A program made the translations under genes and the position numbers. From positions 295,045-359,044 of the IMG/VR virus record IMGVR_UViG_3300035698_035310: a stretch of DNA of 64,000 bases; one strand, given 5' to 3'. Positions 38,370 through 48,486 of the stretch are shown here, piece after piece (the first letter of the stretch is position 1; each line of letters begins with the position of its first letter). Under the pieces are notes generated by a model that worked only from the letters and a program-made list of their open reading frames with translations, did not search any database and was not told the DNA's origin.

Positions 38370-39809
38370 TTATGAATATTCTAACCGATTTTTATTCTTG
38401 ATGCCTATATACAAAATAACTATTGCCATAATTGCAATACCTATAAACATCGGTCTACCAAGAAGCATATCCAAAGTATATAACGACGACATTTGATAAC
38501 TTAAATTTACTATTTTATCGGATAATATAAAACCTATTAACAATGATGGTCGACTAAAATTAAACTTTTTAGCGAGTAACCCAACCACCGAAAAACCACA
38601 TAACATAATGATATCTTCCCATCCACCAGTATACTGTAATGTTGCCCACATAATAATAATTATAAGAAATGGAAAATAATATTTATATGGGACATATGCA
38701 ATATAAGTTATATATTTCACTGCCCACAAACAAATCAATCCTGTGATTAATGTTCCTAAAATGAATCCTAAACTCATCATTCCAAAAAACATCGAATCTG
38801 CTGCTAGAGCCAATGTTCCCATTTCAAAATTCAAATACATAAACAACGCCATAAGTATCGCAGCGAATGGCGCACCGGGAATTCCAAATAAAACAGTCGG
38901 AATAAATGATGACGCTTTTTGTGCATTATTTGCACCCTCGCATCCGATCACGCCTTTGATATTTCCATCACCAAATTTTTCATTGGGGTTACTAGCTACT
39001 GCTTGACCATATGCTAACCAATCCGCAACCGCGCCACCCAAACCCGGAAGAATGCCAATAAATGAACCAATGATTCCACCTTTGGCACCCAATTTCCATT
39101 CCTTGAAAGCAATTTTTATGCCATCAATTCTTTGTTGTGTGTGATCAATTTTGTTGTCTTTAATAGCGGTATATTTTGACTTCAGACCAGCAAGCAGTTC
39201 TGGTATTGCAAATAAACCTGCTACTACCGGAATTATTTGTATTCCATCCTCTAAATACGCCCAACCAAACGTAAATAATGGCGATGCATTGGCATCCAAT
39301 CCTATAACTCCAAACCACACTCCAATGGATAACGCAATCAATGATCTGAGCCAATACTTAGATGAAATAAAACTAACAGTAAAAAATGCTAAAATTGTAA
39401 ATGCCCATAGTTCTGGAATACCTAAAATTAAAATTATTTTTGCATAATATGGCATCAATAGGAACGCCATACAGCCCCATACAAGCCCGTTTATAGTGCT
39501 GGTAACGATTGCTGCCGATAATGCATAAGTAGCCTTCCCTTGGCGTGCTAATGGAAATCCATCCACCATTGTAGCGGCGGCAGAGTTTGCCCCAGGTATT
39601 CCCAATAAAACAGACGTGAAGGTATCACCAATTGTAGATGATGCCACAACCGCGACGCAAAAAAGAACACCAAGATATGGATTTGCTGCGAATATATGTA
39701 TAAACGAAAAAACTGCAACCAAGCCTGTTGTTGCGCCAACAGACGGAATAATACCAATAACCAATCCATAGGCTATACCCATTAACAATGTAATAATTAT
39801 TTCAATCAT
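38370..39809 (-). CDS. tctA: Tripartite tricarboxylate transporter large subunit TctA
   Basis: GIIP..G, LLGIPG...AAT..DGFP.A..G, GILPGLGG, EGANNA and LFGIPG; highly hydrophobic; start likely 39809. Confidence 0.85.
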   Translation of the reverse strand: MIEIIITLLMGIAYGLVIGIIPSVGATTGLVAVFSFIHIFAANPYLGVLFCVAVVASSTIGDTFTSVLLGIPGANSAAATMVDGFPLARQGKATYALSAAIVTSTINGLVWGCMAFLLMPYYAKIILILGIPELWAFTILAFFTVSFISSKYWLRSLIALSIGVWFGVIGLDANASPLFTFGWAYLEDGIQIIPVVAGLFAIPELLAGLKSKYTAIKDNKIDHTQQRIDGIKIAFKEWKLGAKGGIIGSFIGILPGLGGAVADWLAYGQAVASNPNEKFGDGNIKGVIGCEGANNAQKASSFIPTVLFGIPGAPFAAILMALFMYLNFEMGTLALAADSMFFGMMSLGFILGTLITGLICLWAVKYITYIAYVPYKYYFPFLIIIIMWATLQYTGGWEDIIMLCGFSVVGLLAKKFNFSRPSLLIGFILSDKIVNLSYQMSSLYTLDMLLGRPMFIGIAIMAIVILYIGIKNKNRLEYS

Positions 39810-39883
39810 ATATTTTCCAATAATAAATAAATCTATAGATTTATTTATATTATACAAAAAATAAAAAATAATAGGCTGCAAAC

Positions 39884-40651
39884 ATGATTAAAAACCGAAA
39901 AATTTACAATAACTTAGTCGAAAAAATAACTGAATATTTCGGAACCAAATGGTTAAACGAAAACAATATCACCATGACGCATACCACCAAATTCAATAAA
40001 GATTTAAATTTTGATATATTAAATGAAGTAGCAATAACATCATATGTGGAAGAGACATTTAATATAGTATTGCCGCATAACCAAAACAAATGGTTTGAAA
40101 CGATGAATGACATGGTTGATTATATAAGTGATATCATAATCACGCGACACTTTGAAGACGTATGGCAACCAAATATAATACATTTTCAGCACAGTGGCGA
40201 TAATTTGATAGAAACGATCAATGATGATGCGCCAAATAAAGTCCTCGATGTTGGATGTGGGACCAATTACTTCAAAGGAAAAATACATAATCTTTTGGGC
40301 ATTGATCCAATTCGAACTGAAGCCGATATTACTACAACCATATTAGATTATGAAACAACAGAAACATATGATGTGATATTAATACTTGGCAGTATAAATT
40401 TCGGTTCAGAAGAGTATATACTGCAACAATTGAAGAAAGTGATTTCTCTTTTATCCGACGATGGAAAAATATATGCACGGGTTAATCCCGGCATAGAAGA
40501 TTCAGAAAGCCCATGGATGGATTTTTTCGAATGGAATGAAGCATTGATTGCCAAATATGCAAATGATTTCGATTTGACTATATCTACTGATATACAAAAA
40601 GATTATAACGGAAGATTGATGTTTGTGTATAGTAAGAAAAAAATACAATGA
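39884..40651 (+). CDS. ACP-like domain fused to class I SAM methyltransferase
   Basis: N-terminal DLNFDILNEVAI..YVEETFNI.LP resembles an acyl carrier fold; VLDVGCG SAM motif. Confidence 0.65.
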   Translation: MIKNRKIYNNLVEKITEYFGTKWLNENNITMTHTTKFNKDLNFDILNEVAITSYVEETFNIVLPHNQNKWFETMNDMVDYISDIIITRHFEDVWQPNIIHFQHSGDNLIETINDDAPNKVLDVGCGTNYFKGKIHNLLGIDPIRTEADITTTILDYETTETYDVILILGSINFGSEEYILQQLKKVISLLSDDGKIYARVNPGIEDSESPWMDFFEWNEALIAKYANDFDLTISTDIQKDYNGRLMFVYSKKKIQ

Positions 40652-41241
40652 AAAATTGGATATTTTTTACTGGAGTTCCCGGATCAAGATGGAGTGGTGT
40701 AGCAAAGACTTTATGCGAAGCACCAATTGTTAATAATTCAGACCGCAACGAAACTAGAACTTATAATGATATGCACCAAGGAAATTATTTTGGGCCGAAT
40801 ATGGAGCATGGAAAATTATTTGAACAACTGAATAAATTGCCATCATCTATTATCAATGCAGAATTAGAATCCCCATTCGAAGAGAAAAATGACACACAAC
40901 TACGATTTTTAAAAAGTCATACATTTGCTTATCATTTGGATTTTATAAAAACACAATACCCAACCAGTAAAATAATGATGGTATATCGCGATGACGAAAC
41001 GGCATTGAAATGGTGGTTGGACGCTGGTGGTTTTAATATAACCTATCCAAAATATGATTGGTACAAAGATGAAAAAACGATGTTTGAACGAATAAAATTA
41101 GAAAACAATAATATATTAACGTTTTGTAAAAAACATAATACAGAGTTGGTTCCATTCACTGATGTGTGGATAAAACAAAATTTCGATTGGGATATGGAAG
41201 TAGATACTTATTTCGACGACATAACGGTAGCAATCATATAA
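40648..41241 (+). CDS. Sulfotransferase-like / P-loop protein
   Basis: TGVPGSRWSG, LKSH and VYRD pattern. Confidence 0.5.
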   Translation: MKNWIFFTGVPGSRWSGVAKTLCEAPIVNNSDRNETRTYNDMHQGNYFGPNMEHGKLFEQLNKLPSSIINAELESPFEEKNDTQLRFLKSHTFAYHLDFIKTQYPTSKIMMVYRDDETALKWWLDAGGFNITYPKYDWYKDEKTMFERIKLENNNILTFCKKHNTELVPFTDVWIKQNFDWDMEVDTYFDDITVAII

Positions 41242-41307
41242 CGCTTGACATTTCTAACACTTATGCTAATATAACACAAATATTAATAGGGTATAAGGAT
41301 TAAGACG

Positions 41308-42531
41308 ATGTTTTACAAATTTCCAATAATTGAACACGTGGATCAGGTGCGCGAAGCAATCAAGGGTCGCACCGAATTTATCGTCGCTGAACGCGAATGG
41401 GGTTTTGTTGCCAATTATTTGGTCAATTTGATCGATTCATTTCCGTATCCAGACACCAAAGATGAAAAACTCAATGAAATGTATAAAATACGACGCGAAT
41501 GCCGTGGTATCAAATTTGACTTGAACGGATTGCCATTAGCACGTCCATTCCATAAGTTTCACAATCTTGGCGAACGTCCAGAAACTGCTGCTGATCGGGT
41601 TGATTTCTCTCGTTCATTTATCACTCTAGATAAATTGGATGGGTCAATGATTCACCCAATCATAATTGATGATAAAGTTATGTTATGTACCAAGATGGGT
41701 CTTACCGATGTTGCTACCCCAGTTCAGGTATATGCCGAGCGCGGTTTATCATTCGTTAATGATAAAAAGGCAAAGACTTGGTATGTCGACTTTATGTATG
41801 ATTTAGCAAAGAGTGGAATGACTCCAATATTTGAATGGTGCTCACGTCAACAACGCATCGTTATTGACTATGGCGATAAAGACCATTTGGTATTGACTGC
41901 TGTTCGTGAAACCATTAGCGGCAAGTATAAATCATATGATCAAATGGTTGCATTGGCTGAAGCATATAAAATTCCGGTTGTTGATCATTGGGAAGGGACT
42001 TTTGAAGGAATTCAAGAGTTCGTTGAAAAAGTTCAGGAAAAGGAAGGCGAAGAAGGATGTATTATCCGATTTGATAATGGACATATGCTCAAGATCAAAA
42101 ATCCTTGGTATTTGCAATTGCATAAAACCAAAGAACTTCTTCAGTTCGAAAAAGATGTTTGGGCGTTAGTTCTTGATGAAAAGCAGGACGATGCAAAAGC
42201 ATTTATGGAACAGGAAGATAAGGATCGCATCGATGCATTCGCTGATGATTTATATGGCGCACTCGATGCTATAGCAGAACGTCTTAAATGGGAAGTGATT
42301 GCATGGGTAGATAACCATGGCGACAGTCAAAAGAAGTTTGCTGTTGAGTTCATTAACGGAAAAGATAGTGTGTTTGATCATCATGAAAAAACATTGCTAT
42401 ATAAAATCAAACTCGATATAGACAATGCACGAACTTTTGTGCACGACTATGTTCGTAACAATGTTAGCACTAGCACGAAAGTAGAAAGCATTCGTGGATT
42501 TGTTAACGACATCAATTGGGAGGATTACTAA
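41308..42531 (+). CDS. RNA ligase 1 (T4 RnlA family)
   Basis: RECRG, KFHNLGE, KLDGS, TPIFEW, IVIDY, EG..IRF and KIKN.WY. Confidence 0.9.
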   Translation: MFYKFPIIEHVDQVREAIKGRTEFIVAEREWGFVANYLVNLIDSFPYPDTKDEKLNEMYKIRRECRGIKFDLNGLPLARPFHKFHNLGERPETAADRVDFSRSFITLDKLDGSMIHPIIIDDKVMLCTKMGLTDVATPVQVYAERGLSFVNDKKAKTWYVDFMYDLAKSGMTPIFEWCSRQQRIVIDYGDKDHLVLTAVRETISGKYKSYDQMVALAEAYKIPVVDHWEGTFEGIQEFVEKVQEKEGEEGCIIRFDNGHMLKIKNPWYLQLHKTKELLQFEKDVWALVLDEKQDDAKAFMEQEDKDRIDAFADDLYGALDAIAERLKWEVIAWVDNHGDSQKKFAVEFINGKDSVFDHHEKTLLYKIKLDIDNARTFVHDYVRNNVSTSTKVESIRGFVNDINWEDY

Positions 42532-42881
42532 TGAGTAATTCTCCCTTATGTCCATCAATCAAACATATAATTCTTCCAGACATTGAACATAATGATTGGT
42601 TCATGACGCATCAATTTAAAAAAGACATCGAGGACAGTGAAGAAAATCGAAAAAAAATCTTTAATAATAACAATCCATGCTCAGAAGTAATGTTGGTAAA
42701 ATCAAAAAATGAACATTGCCTTTGCTGCCAAGAACACGTTGGTGCCGAAGATGCAGATGTTATTACCACTCAATTAAAAAATTGTGAAAAGCAATGCACG
42801 TGGTGTGGTGATGATTTTGATATACCCGACGGGGAACTTGAATATATATTAGAAGAGGAAAACAACGATGGACGATTTTAA
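42531..42881 (+). CDS. Hypothetical Zn-finger protein
   Basis: TAATG coupling; NNNPCSE and CLCC...CTWC. Confidence 0.6.
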   Translation: MSNSPLCPSIKHIILPDIEHNDWFMTHQFKKDIEDSEENRKKIFNNNNPCSEVMLVKSKNEHCLCCQEHVGAEDADVITTQLKNCEKQCTWCGDDFDIPDGELEYILEEENNDGRF

Positions 42882-42996
42882 AGATCACGAATATTGTGGA
42901 TGTTGCCAAGTGCATGTTGGTGCCGAAGATGCATTGGTTATCATTAAACAACTTAAAAATTGTGAAAAACAATGCACTTGGTGTGGCGATGATTTC
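42711..42996 (+). repeat. ~108-bp imperfect direct repeat (42711-42818 / 42889-42996)
   Basis: Encodes EHCLCCQEHVGAEDADVITTQLKNCEKQCTWCGDDF and EYCGCCQVHVGAEDALVIIKQLKNCEKQCTWCGDDF. Confidence 0.9.
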
Positions 42997-43674
42997 AATC
43001 TTAATGTGACTGATGCTGCCACTATTGTAGAAAGTTACGAGACTACACCCAAAACAACACTCGAATTATTACGTGATATAATACACAAAAAAAACAAAGA
43101 CACGGTTTTTACATCCACTTATGGAGCGATGCAAACAATGTATAGCCTCGACTCTAATTTAAATCAAAAACAAACACAAACTAGGGCATACTCAAAAGAA
43201 GACACCCCCGAATGGAAAGCCGCACGAAAAGAAGCAATATTAAACACGTTCGGTGTGGATACCGATAAAGAAACGTTTGACCCAGGATATGCAGATAAAA
43301 ATGGCGATCCACACGATAGAATGTTTGATGGCGACCCATATTATCAAGTAGATAGAAATATGTTGCCGCATCGTATGTTGAGAATTGTATCAGATAATCC
43401 GGGTTGTATAACAAATCATTTGATGAAAAAATCATACACATCAAGACCACAACGCAAAAAACGATTAAATCATTCATGTATTGCGAGATTGGCTGCATCA
43501 AAATTAATCAAGTTTACTAGTGATTTTATGTGTTTTTATTCGACATCAAATCCATCATGCGCTAGTATGTATTTGGGTAAAATACCAAGATTTAAACGAA
43601 AATTCACAATAACCCCAAAGGGTTCTGAATTTTTAAAAAAATTAGACACTGACAAAAAAAGGATGTATGTATGA
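42868..43674 (+). CDS. Hypothetical protein (N-terminal Zn finger, possible C-terminal wHTH)
   Basis: GAGGA RBS; CGCC...CTWC and C-terminal FTITPKG.EFL. Confidence 0.65.
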   Translation: MDDFKDHEYCGCCQVHVGAEDALVIIKQLKNCEKQCTWCGDDFNLNVTDAATIVESYETTPKTTLELLRDIIHKKNKDTVFTSTYGAMQTMYSLDSNLNQKQTQTRAYSKEDTPEWKAARKEAILNTFGVDTDKETFDPGYADKNGDPHDRMFDGDPYYQVDRNMLPHRMLRIVSDNPGCITNHLMKKSYTSRPQRKKRLNHSCIARLAASKLIKFTSDFMCFYSTSNPSCASMYLGKIPRFKRKFTITPKGSEFLKKLDTDKKRMYV

Positions 43675-44045
43675 TTGATGCAATAAAGAAATTAAAAATA
43701 TCATGGGACGCCGCAAAAGAAGAAGTGAGTTTATATAAAAACGAAAGCAACGATATACATATTGCCATTAATGCAATAGATGCCGATATAGCAAAATTGA
43801 TGCGCGAATTCACCAAATATTCCATAACTGATACATGGGACGGTGACGCTATCAAATCCATTTCAACAAACATACGTGTATTAACAGAACGAAAAACTAT
43901 ATTATATGGAGTATATAAAATATCACGCGCAAAATACAATGCCGCATGGCCCAAAGTAGTGAAAATAGAAACCAACATCAAACGCCAACAAGAACGATAT
44001 TGGTTAGACCTTGATTTGTCTATATTACCAATGTGGGAACATTAA
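43671..44045 (+). CDS. Hypothetical coiled-coil protein
   Basis: ATGA overlap; 124 aa. Confidence 0.6.
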   Translation: MIDAIKKLKISWDAAKEEVSLYKNESNDIHIAINAIDADIAKLMREFTKYSITDTWDGDAIKSISTNIRVLTERKTILYGVYKISRAKYNAAWPKVVKIETNIKRQQERYWLDLDLSILPMWEH

Positions 44046-44109
44046 AGTCTTGACATAATATGGTTAATGATATAAAATACAATATAAATATTATGAAAGG
44101 TTTAGTAAC

Positions 44110-45339
44110 ATGTTAAAAATACCCCTACACGCATTAATAGTAATGGTCGGACCATCCGGCGCAGGAAAGACGGATATCGCTATTAACGCGTTCGACGATC
44201 ACGAAATTGTATCACTTGATAACATTCGAGAAGAACTTACTGGCGATGTGAACAACTATCACCACGAAGACATAGTGAATGAAGAGTTTTATCGACGCAT
44301 AAAACTCAAACTATCAATTGGTGAACGTGTGGTTGCTGATGCGTCACACGTAAAGAAAAAAGAACGTCTATTAACCACAATGATTGGTATGGATATGCAT
44401 GTTCCAATTTATTATATTGTGGTAGATCGTCCACTTGATGAGAAACTAACAAGCAATCAAATAGGTGATGGAACTTTAATTAATAAAGAAGACGCGACAT
44501 TTAAAAGCAATGAAAAAGACATTGTTAAAGGTGATAGTATGGCTACGGTAATTGATTCACGTGAGGTTGAGGTTCCATGCAATATCATTCGCAGTTTCAA
44601 CTACGAGGGAATTATCGACGATATTAAAATTCGTGGATTTAATAATATCACAGCAATTGGTGATGTTCATGGTATGACTGAAGATTTTGTTCAGCACATA
44701 AATGCGGCACGTGCGGTTAACAATTTTATCGTACAGTTAGGTGATATCGTAGATTATGGACCAGACTCGGTTGGATGTGTTGATTTGATGTATCGGTTGG
44801 TGGTTAATGGTGATGCTATTTTCATCATCGGAAATCATGAAGCAAAATTGGAAAAATATATCAAGCAAGCAAAAGCTGGTGATATCCGTATCAAACTTAA
44901 AGGTGGTATCGTCAAGACTGTTGAACAGCTTGATAAATTAAGTGATTCAAAGCGTGCGTTGTTTGAGTTAAAGTTTGCGACACTTATGAACTATGCACGT
45001 CATCACGTAAGAATAGGCAATAATGTTTTTGTACATGCATCATCAACTAAAATGATGAGGGATGTGATTACTAATAGGTTACATGGTTTTAACTCAAACC
45101 GTGCCATTTATGGGGAAATAGATCAAAATAATTCCACAGATGAAAATGGATTTCCGAATCGACAATATAATTGGGTTGATGAAATACCTGAAGGTCATAC
45201 ATCATATGTCGGTCATGCCTATCTCGACTTACATAATCCAATAACCAAAATTGGTAAGCTTGGCGGGAAAGCAATATTCGTCGATACCGGCTCTGGAAAA
45301 GAAGGAACTCTAAGTTCAGTAGATATCCCATTAAAATAA
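44110..45339 (+). CDS. Polynucleotide kinase-phosphatase (Pnkp kinase plus metallophosphoesterase, no ligase domain)
   Basis: GPSGAGKT, SLDNIR; GDVHG, GDIVDYG, GNHE, GH and DTG. Confidence 0.85.
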   Translation: MLKIPLHALIVMVGPSGAGKTDIAINAFDDHEIVSLDNIREELTGDVNNYHHEDIVNEEFYRRIKLKLSIGERVVADASHVKKKERLLTTMIGMDMHVPIYYIVVDRPLDEKLTSNQIGDGTLINKEDATFKSNEKDIVKGDSMATVIDSREVEVPCNIIRSFNYEGIIDDIKIRGFNNITAIGDVHGMTEDFVQHINAARAVNNFIVQLGDIVDYGPDSVGCVDLMYRLVVNGDAIFIIGNHEAKLEKYIKQAKAGDIRIKLKGGIVKTVEQLDKLSDSKRALFELKFATLMNYARHHVRIGNNVFVHASSTKMMRDVITNRLHGFNSNRAIYGEIDQNNSTDENGFPNRQYNWVDEIPEGHTSYVGHAYLDLHNPITKIGKLGGKAIFVDTGSGKEGTLSSVDIPLK

Positions 45340-45462
45340 AAATTATTGGGATATCTATTTTTCACTTGACAAAACATTATATTCATTGTATAAATAATAT
45401 CATATAAGCCATATTTTACAGGTGTGGCAAACACCCCAATAGGAAATATGGAGATTATCATG

Positions 45463-46056
45463 AGTGGTGGAACATTAGTTTTGAATGCAGACGCACAACC
45501 AGTAAGTGTTGTCCCATTGTCTACAGTTAATTGGCAAGATGCAATCAGAATCATCTACCTAGATCGGGCAACCGTTTTGGGTGAATACAATCGTTGGGTT
45601 GTTCGCAGCCCATCTGTGCAGATGCGCATGCCTTCTGTTATCATGTTGAAAAACTATCAGCAGCATAACGGCAAAGTCGAGTTCTCGCGATACAATATTA
45701 TTTTGCGAGATAACTACAAATGTTTGTATTGTGGTGAAAAGTTCGAGTTCAATCAGTTAACCTACGACCACGTTATTCCTAGACGTGATGGTGGAAAAAC
45801 TGAATGGAAAAATATCGTATCAGCGTGTGCTCCTTGTAATCAGGAAAAAGCGCATCATCATAAGATGAAGCCGAAACGACAGCCACACATTCCAACATAT
45901 TGGGAATTGGCGGGTATTATAAAAACAATGCCAATAACTGTTCCACACCAAACGTGGAAAGAGTTTATGATTTGGGATTCGGAAATTATTGTTGATGATT
46001 CTCTTCAAACAGAAAACGTCGATGAAGATAACATATTGGCAAGTAAAATAATTTAG
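45463..46056 (+). CDS. HNH endonuclease (McrA-like)
   Basis: TLVLNAD, FSRYNI.LRD.Y.C.YCG, DHVIP...GG...W.N.V.AC..CN; start approximate (GGAG RBS near 45450). Confidence 0.85.
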   Translation, partial: SGGTLVLNADAQPVSVVPLSTVNWQDAIRIIYLDRATVLGEYNRWVVRSPSVQMRMPSVIMLKNYQQHNGKVEFSRYNIILRDNYKCLYCGEKFEFNQLTYDHVIPRRDGGKTEWKNIVSACAPCNQEKAHHHKMKPKRQPHIPTYWELAGIIKTMPITVPHQTWKEFMIWDSEIIVDDSLQTENVDEDNILASKII

Positions 46057-46226
46057 AAATAATTATTTTAATATTGACAATTTAACCAAAATAGCAGTAG
46101 AATGCAAGTTCTATTGCTATTTTTCGTCGTATAATAGGATTATGTTCATAAAACAATGCATATAAACCTATTAAGTCCGTATTTAATAAATAGTAATATC
46201 CGGTTTTTATTAAAAGGAAAACAAAT

Positions 46227-46580
46227 ATGACTGAAGAAACAAACACTGCACAAGAACCAATGGCAAGACCTGAATCTATGAATGTAGGAGATTTGCAATT
46301 ACTAACTAAATTAGTTGATGCTGGCTCCGAACGTGGAGCGTGGAAAGGTGAAGAATTGTCAGTAATTGGTGCGGTAAGAACTAAAATGATTGCGAATATA
46401 CAATACGCAACACCTACACCAATTGCTCCCACTGAAGAGACTACAACTACAACAAAAACAATTGAGCGCGATGAAAACGATTTGATTAAAACAATCACTG
46501 AAACAAAAACGCCGTCGAAACAAACTAAAGCAAAAGCTAAACCAAAACGCAAGCGTGCTGCTAAACCAACTGCTGCGTAA
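46227..46580 (+). CDS. Hypothetical protein with basic tail
   Basis: AAGGA RBS; ERGAWKGEEL; K/A-rich C-terminus. Confidence 0.75.
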   Translation: MTEETNTAQEPMARPESMNVGDLQLLTKLVDAGSERGAWKGEELSVIGAVRTKMIANIQYATPTPIAPTEETTTTTKTIERDENDLIKTITETKTPSKQTKAKAKPKRKRAAKPTAA

Positions 46581-46600
46581 ATAGACAAGAGGTATAACAA

Positions 46601-47509
46601 ATGTCAATACACAATCAAAATACATCTACTGCTACGCGCCACGTTGGAACATGTGGTGACAAACGCGTCGCTGTGATAATACAAGACCCTAATGCTACAC
46701 ACGAAGTTCATGTTGTAGATACTGATTCATTACCTGATGTATATCATCAAAATTTGATGGATATGTTAATGCGTGCTGAAGCACAATCATCTAAATGGTT
46801 CGGCGAATATATGCACCGTCAAATGTTATTTGATGGCACCAATGCGTTACGAACTTTCTATGAAAAAAATTGGATACTACAAGTTCCAGTAACGAGTGTT
46901 TACTTAACACCAAGACCTAATACAAGTGTTTCACTTGCTGAAGAATTAGGTATCATGGTTAATCACCAACAACCACAACAACAAGTTAATCAACCACAAC
47001 AATTTAACCCGTTGGCAAATAATCAACAACCGCAACCGCAACCACAACCGCAGCAAATTCAAGAATCCAATTATGACAATATAATTGCTCAAGAACAAGC
47101 CAAATTGAATCAGGTTAATAATCCAAATATGCCGCCAGCGTCTGATGCATATAACCAACACGTTCAGAACTTTCAAGGCGATGCTAATGAACAAAATAGA
47201 TTGGTAGCCGCCAACCTATTACAAGAAGCGAAAATGTTAGAGATGGATGCCGCTAATAAACGTGCACAAGCAGTTCAATACGATCCTTCTACTGCTCAAC
47301 AAGCAGCAACATTTACGCCACAACCGCAACCGCAACCAACTAACACGTTTAATCCATTAACTGAAACTACTAAGGTTCCAGTTGTTGATAGTGTTCCTGC
47401 ACAGTCTTTTTCAGATTCAGTAACAGGTAAAACGTATTCTTCTGCTAGCGCACTTAAAGGTGCAATAACCAGAAGAGAGAATGCAGCAAAGAAAACCGGA
47501 AATGGATAA
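46601..47509 (+). CDS. Conserved phage protein with Q/P-rich linker
   Basis: RHVG N-terminus; QPQPQP tracts; followed by a strong terminator. Confidence 0.8.
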   Translation: MSIHNQNTSTATRHVGTCGDKRVAVIIQDPNATHEVHVVDTDSLPDVYHQNLMDMLMRAEAQSSKWFGEYMHRQMLFDGTNALRTFYEKNWILQVPVTSVYLTPRPNTSVSLAEELGIMVNHQQPQQQVNQPQQFNPLANNQQPQPQPQPQQIQESNYDNIIAQEQAKLNQVNNPNMPPASDAYNQHVQNFQGDANEQNRLVAANLLQEAKMLEMDAANKRAQAVQYDPSTAQQAATFTPQPQPQPTNTFNPLTETTKVPVVDSVPAQSFSDSVTGKTYSSASALKGAITRRENAAKKTGNG

Positions 47510-47537
47510 TAAATCATCTATGATTTTTTGTTGAATG

Positions 47538-47571
47538 AAAAGCCCAATACTTTAAAGTGTTGGGCTTTTTT
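47538..47571 (+). terminator. Rho-independent terminator
   Basis: AAAAGCCCAATAC-tttaaa-GTGTTGGGCTTTTTT. Confidence 0.85.
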
Positions 47572-47579
47572 AATATAAA

Positions 47580-47608
47580 TTGACTTTATACTTAGATAAT
47601 ACTATAAT
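47580..47608 (+). promoter_or_regulatory. Sigma70-like promoter
   Basis: TTGACT-N17-TATAAT. Confidence 0.7.
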
Positions 47609-47637
47609 AATTAAAATAAACAATTAACTGAATAATA

Positions 47638-47985
47638 ATGAATAATAAAAAAACAACAACGATTGGCGATTACATTGCTGATATCAAACTTTCAACCCTT
47701 GATGTATCATCATCCAGCGAAACGTTAACAATAGTAGATATAAGTGACGTATCATGTGCGGGTGGATTAACGTTTGTTACACACGATGGAACACTTAAAA
47801 AACCTGACCCATACCAAGAACTGGAAGATATAACATTAGAGCGCGAGCGCGATGAACAATTAAGAGATGAATATCCAGTGCTTCAAGAAGCGCACGAAAA
47901 TTACGAATTAATAAAAAAATTACTTGAAGATCACAATATAGATAAAACATTTGACACCAGATATAGAGATTTTATAAAAAAATGA
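47638..47985 (+). CDS. Hypothetical protein
   Basis: LRDEYPVLQEAHENYELIKKL; directly downstream of the promoter. Confidence 0.65.
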   Translation: MNNKKTTTIGDYIADIKLSTLDVSSSSETLTIVDISDVSCAGGLTFVTHDGTLKKPDPYQELEDITLERERDEQLRDEYPVLQEAHENYELIKKLLEDHNIDKTFDTRYRDFIKK

Positions 47986-48485
47986 TAACAGCGATAGTAG
48001 CAGTAGCAGATAATAATTTAATTGGTTCAAATAACGACTTACCTTGGCCTAGAATTTCAGAAGACATGAATTGGTTTAAATCATTAACAACTGGAAATGT
48101 TGTAGTGATGGGAAGAAACACGTGGGAAAGTTTAGGGGATTATAAACCACTACCGAACAGAATAAATGTAGTAGTTTCCAGCGATGAAGCAGATGGCGCA
48201 GACTTAACTATAACTGAAAATACATTGGTTAATATAAAAAACTTAGAAACTGAATATCCAGAAAAAGAAATTTTTATAATAGGCGGCGCAAGACTATATG
48301 AAACCACTGAATCAATTATCGATAAAGTGCAAATGACACGTATCAGAAATTATTACGAAGGCGACACTTTTTTAAATACTGATTTGTTATTACAGCATTC
48401 CGTGGTGGAAAGAAGTGAGACGATGGTCACCAAAAAGGATCGATTGAGTATAGAATTTAATACATATAGAAAATTGAAGCGTTAA
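47982..48485 (+). CDS. folA: Dihydrofolate reductase
   Basis: IG..N.LPW, EDM.WFK, VVMGRNTWES, PLPNR.N, IIGG and GDTF. Confidence 0.95.
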   Translation: MITAIVAVADNNLIGSNNDLPWPRISEDMNWFKSLTTGNVVVMGRNTWESLGDYKPLPNRINVVVSSDEADGADLTITENTLVNIKNLETEYPEKEIFIIGGARLYETTESIIDKVQMTRIRNYYEGDTFLNTDLLLQHSVVERSETMVTKKDRLSIEFNTYRKLKR

Positions 48486-48486
48486 T

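Noticed and set aside
46960-47340. CAACCG/CAACCA short repeats as a CRISPR or repeat array
   Set aside because: They are codons of Q/P low-complexity linkers inside ORF 46601-47509, with no repeat-spacer periodicity.
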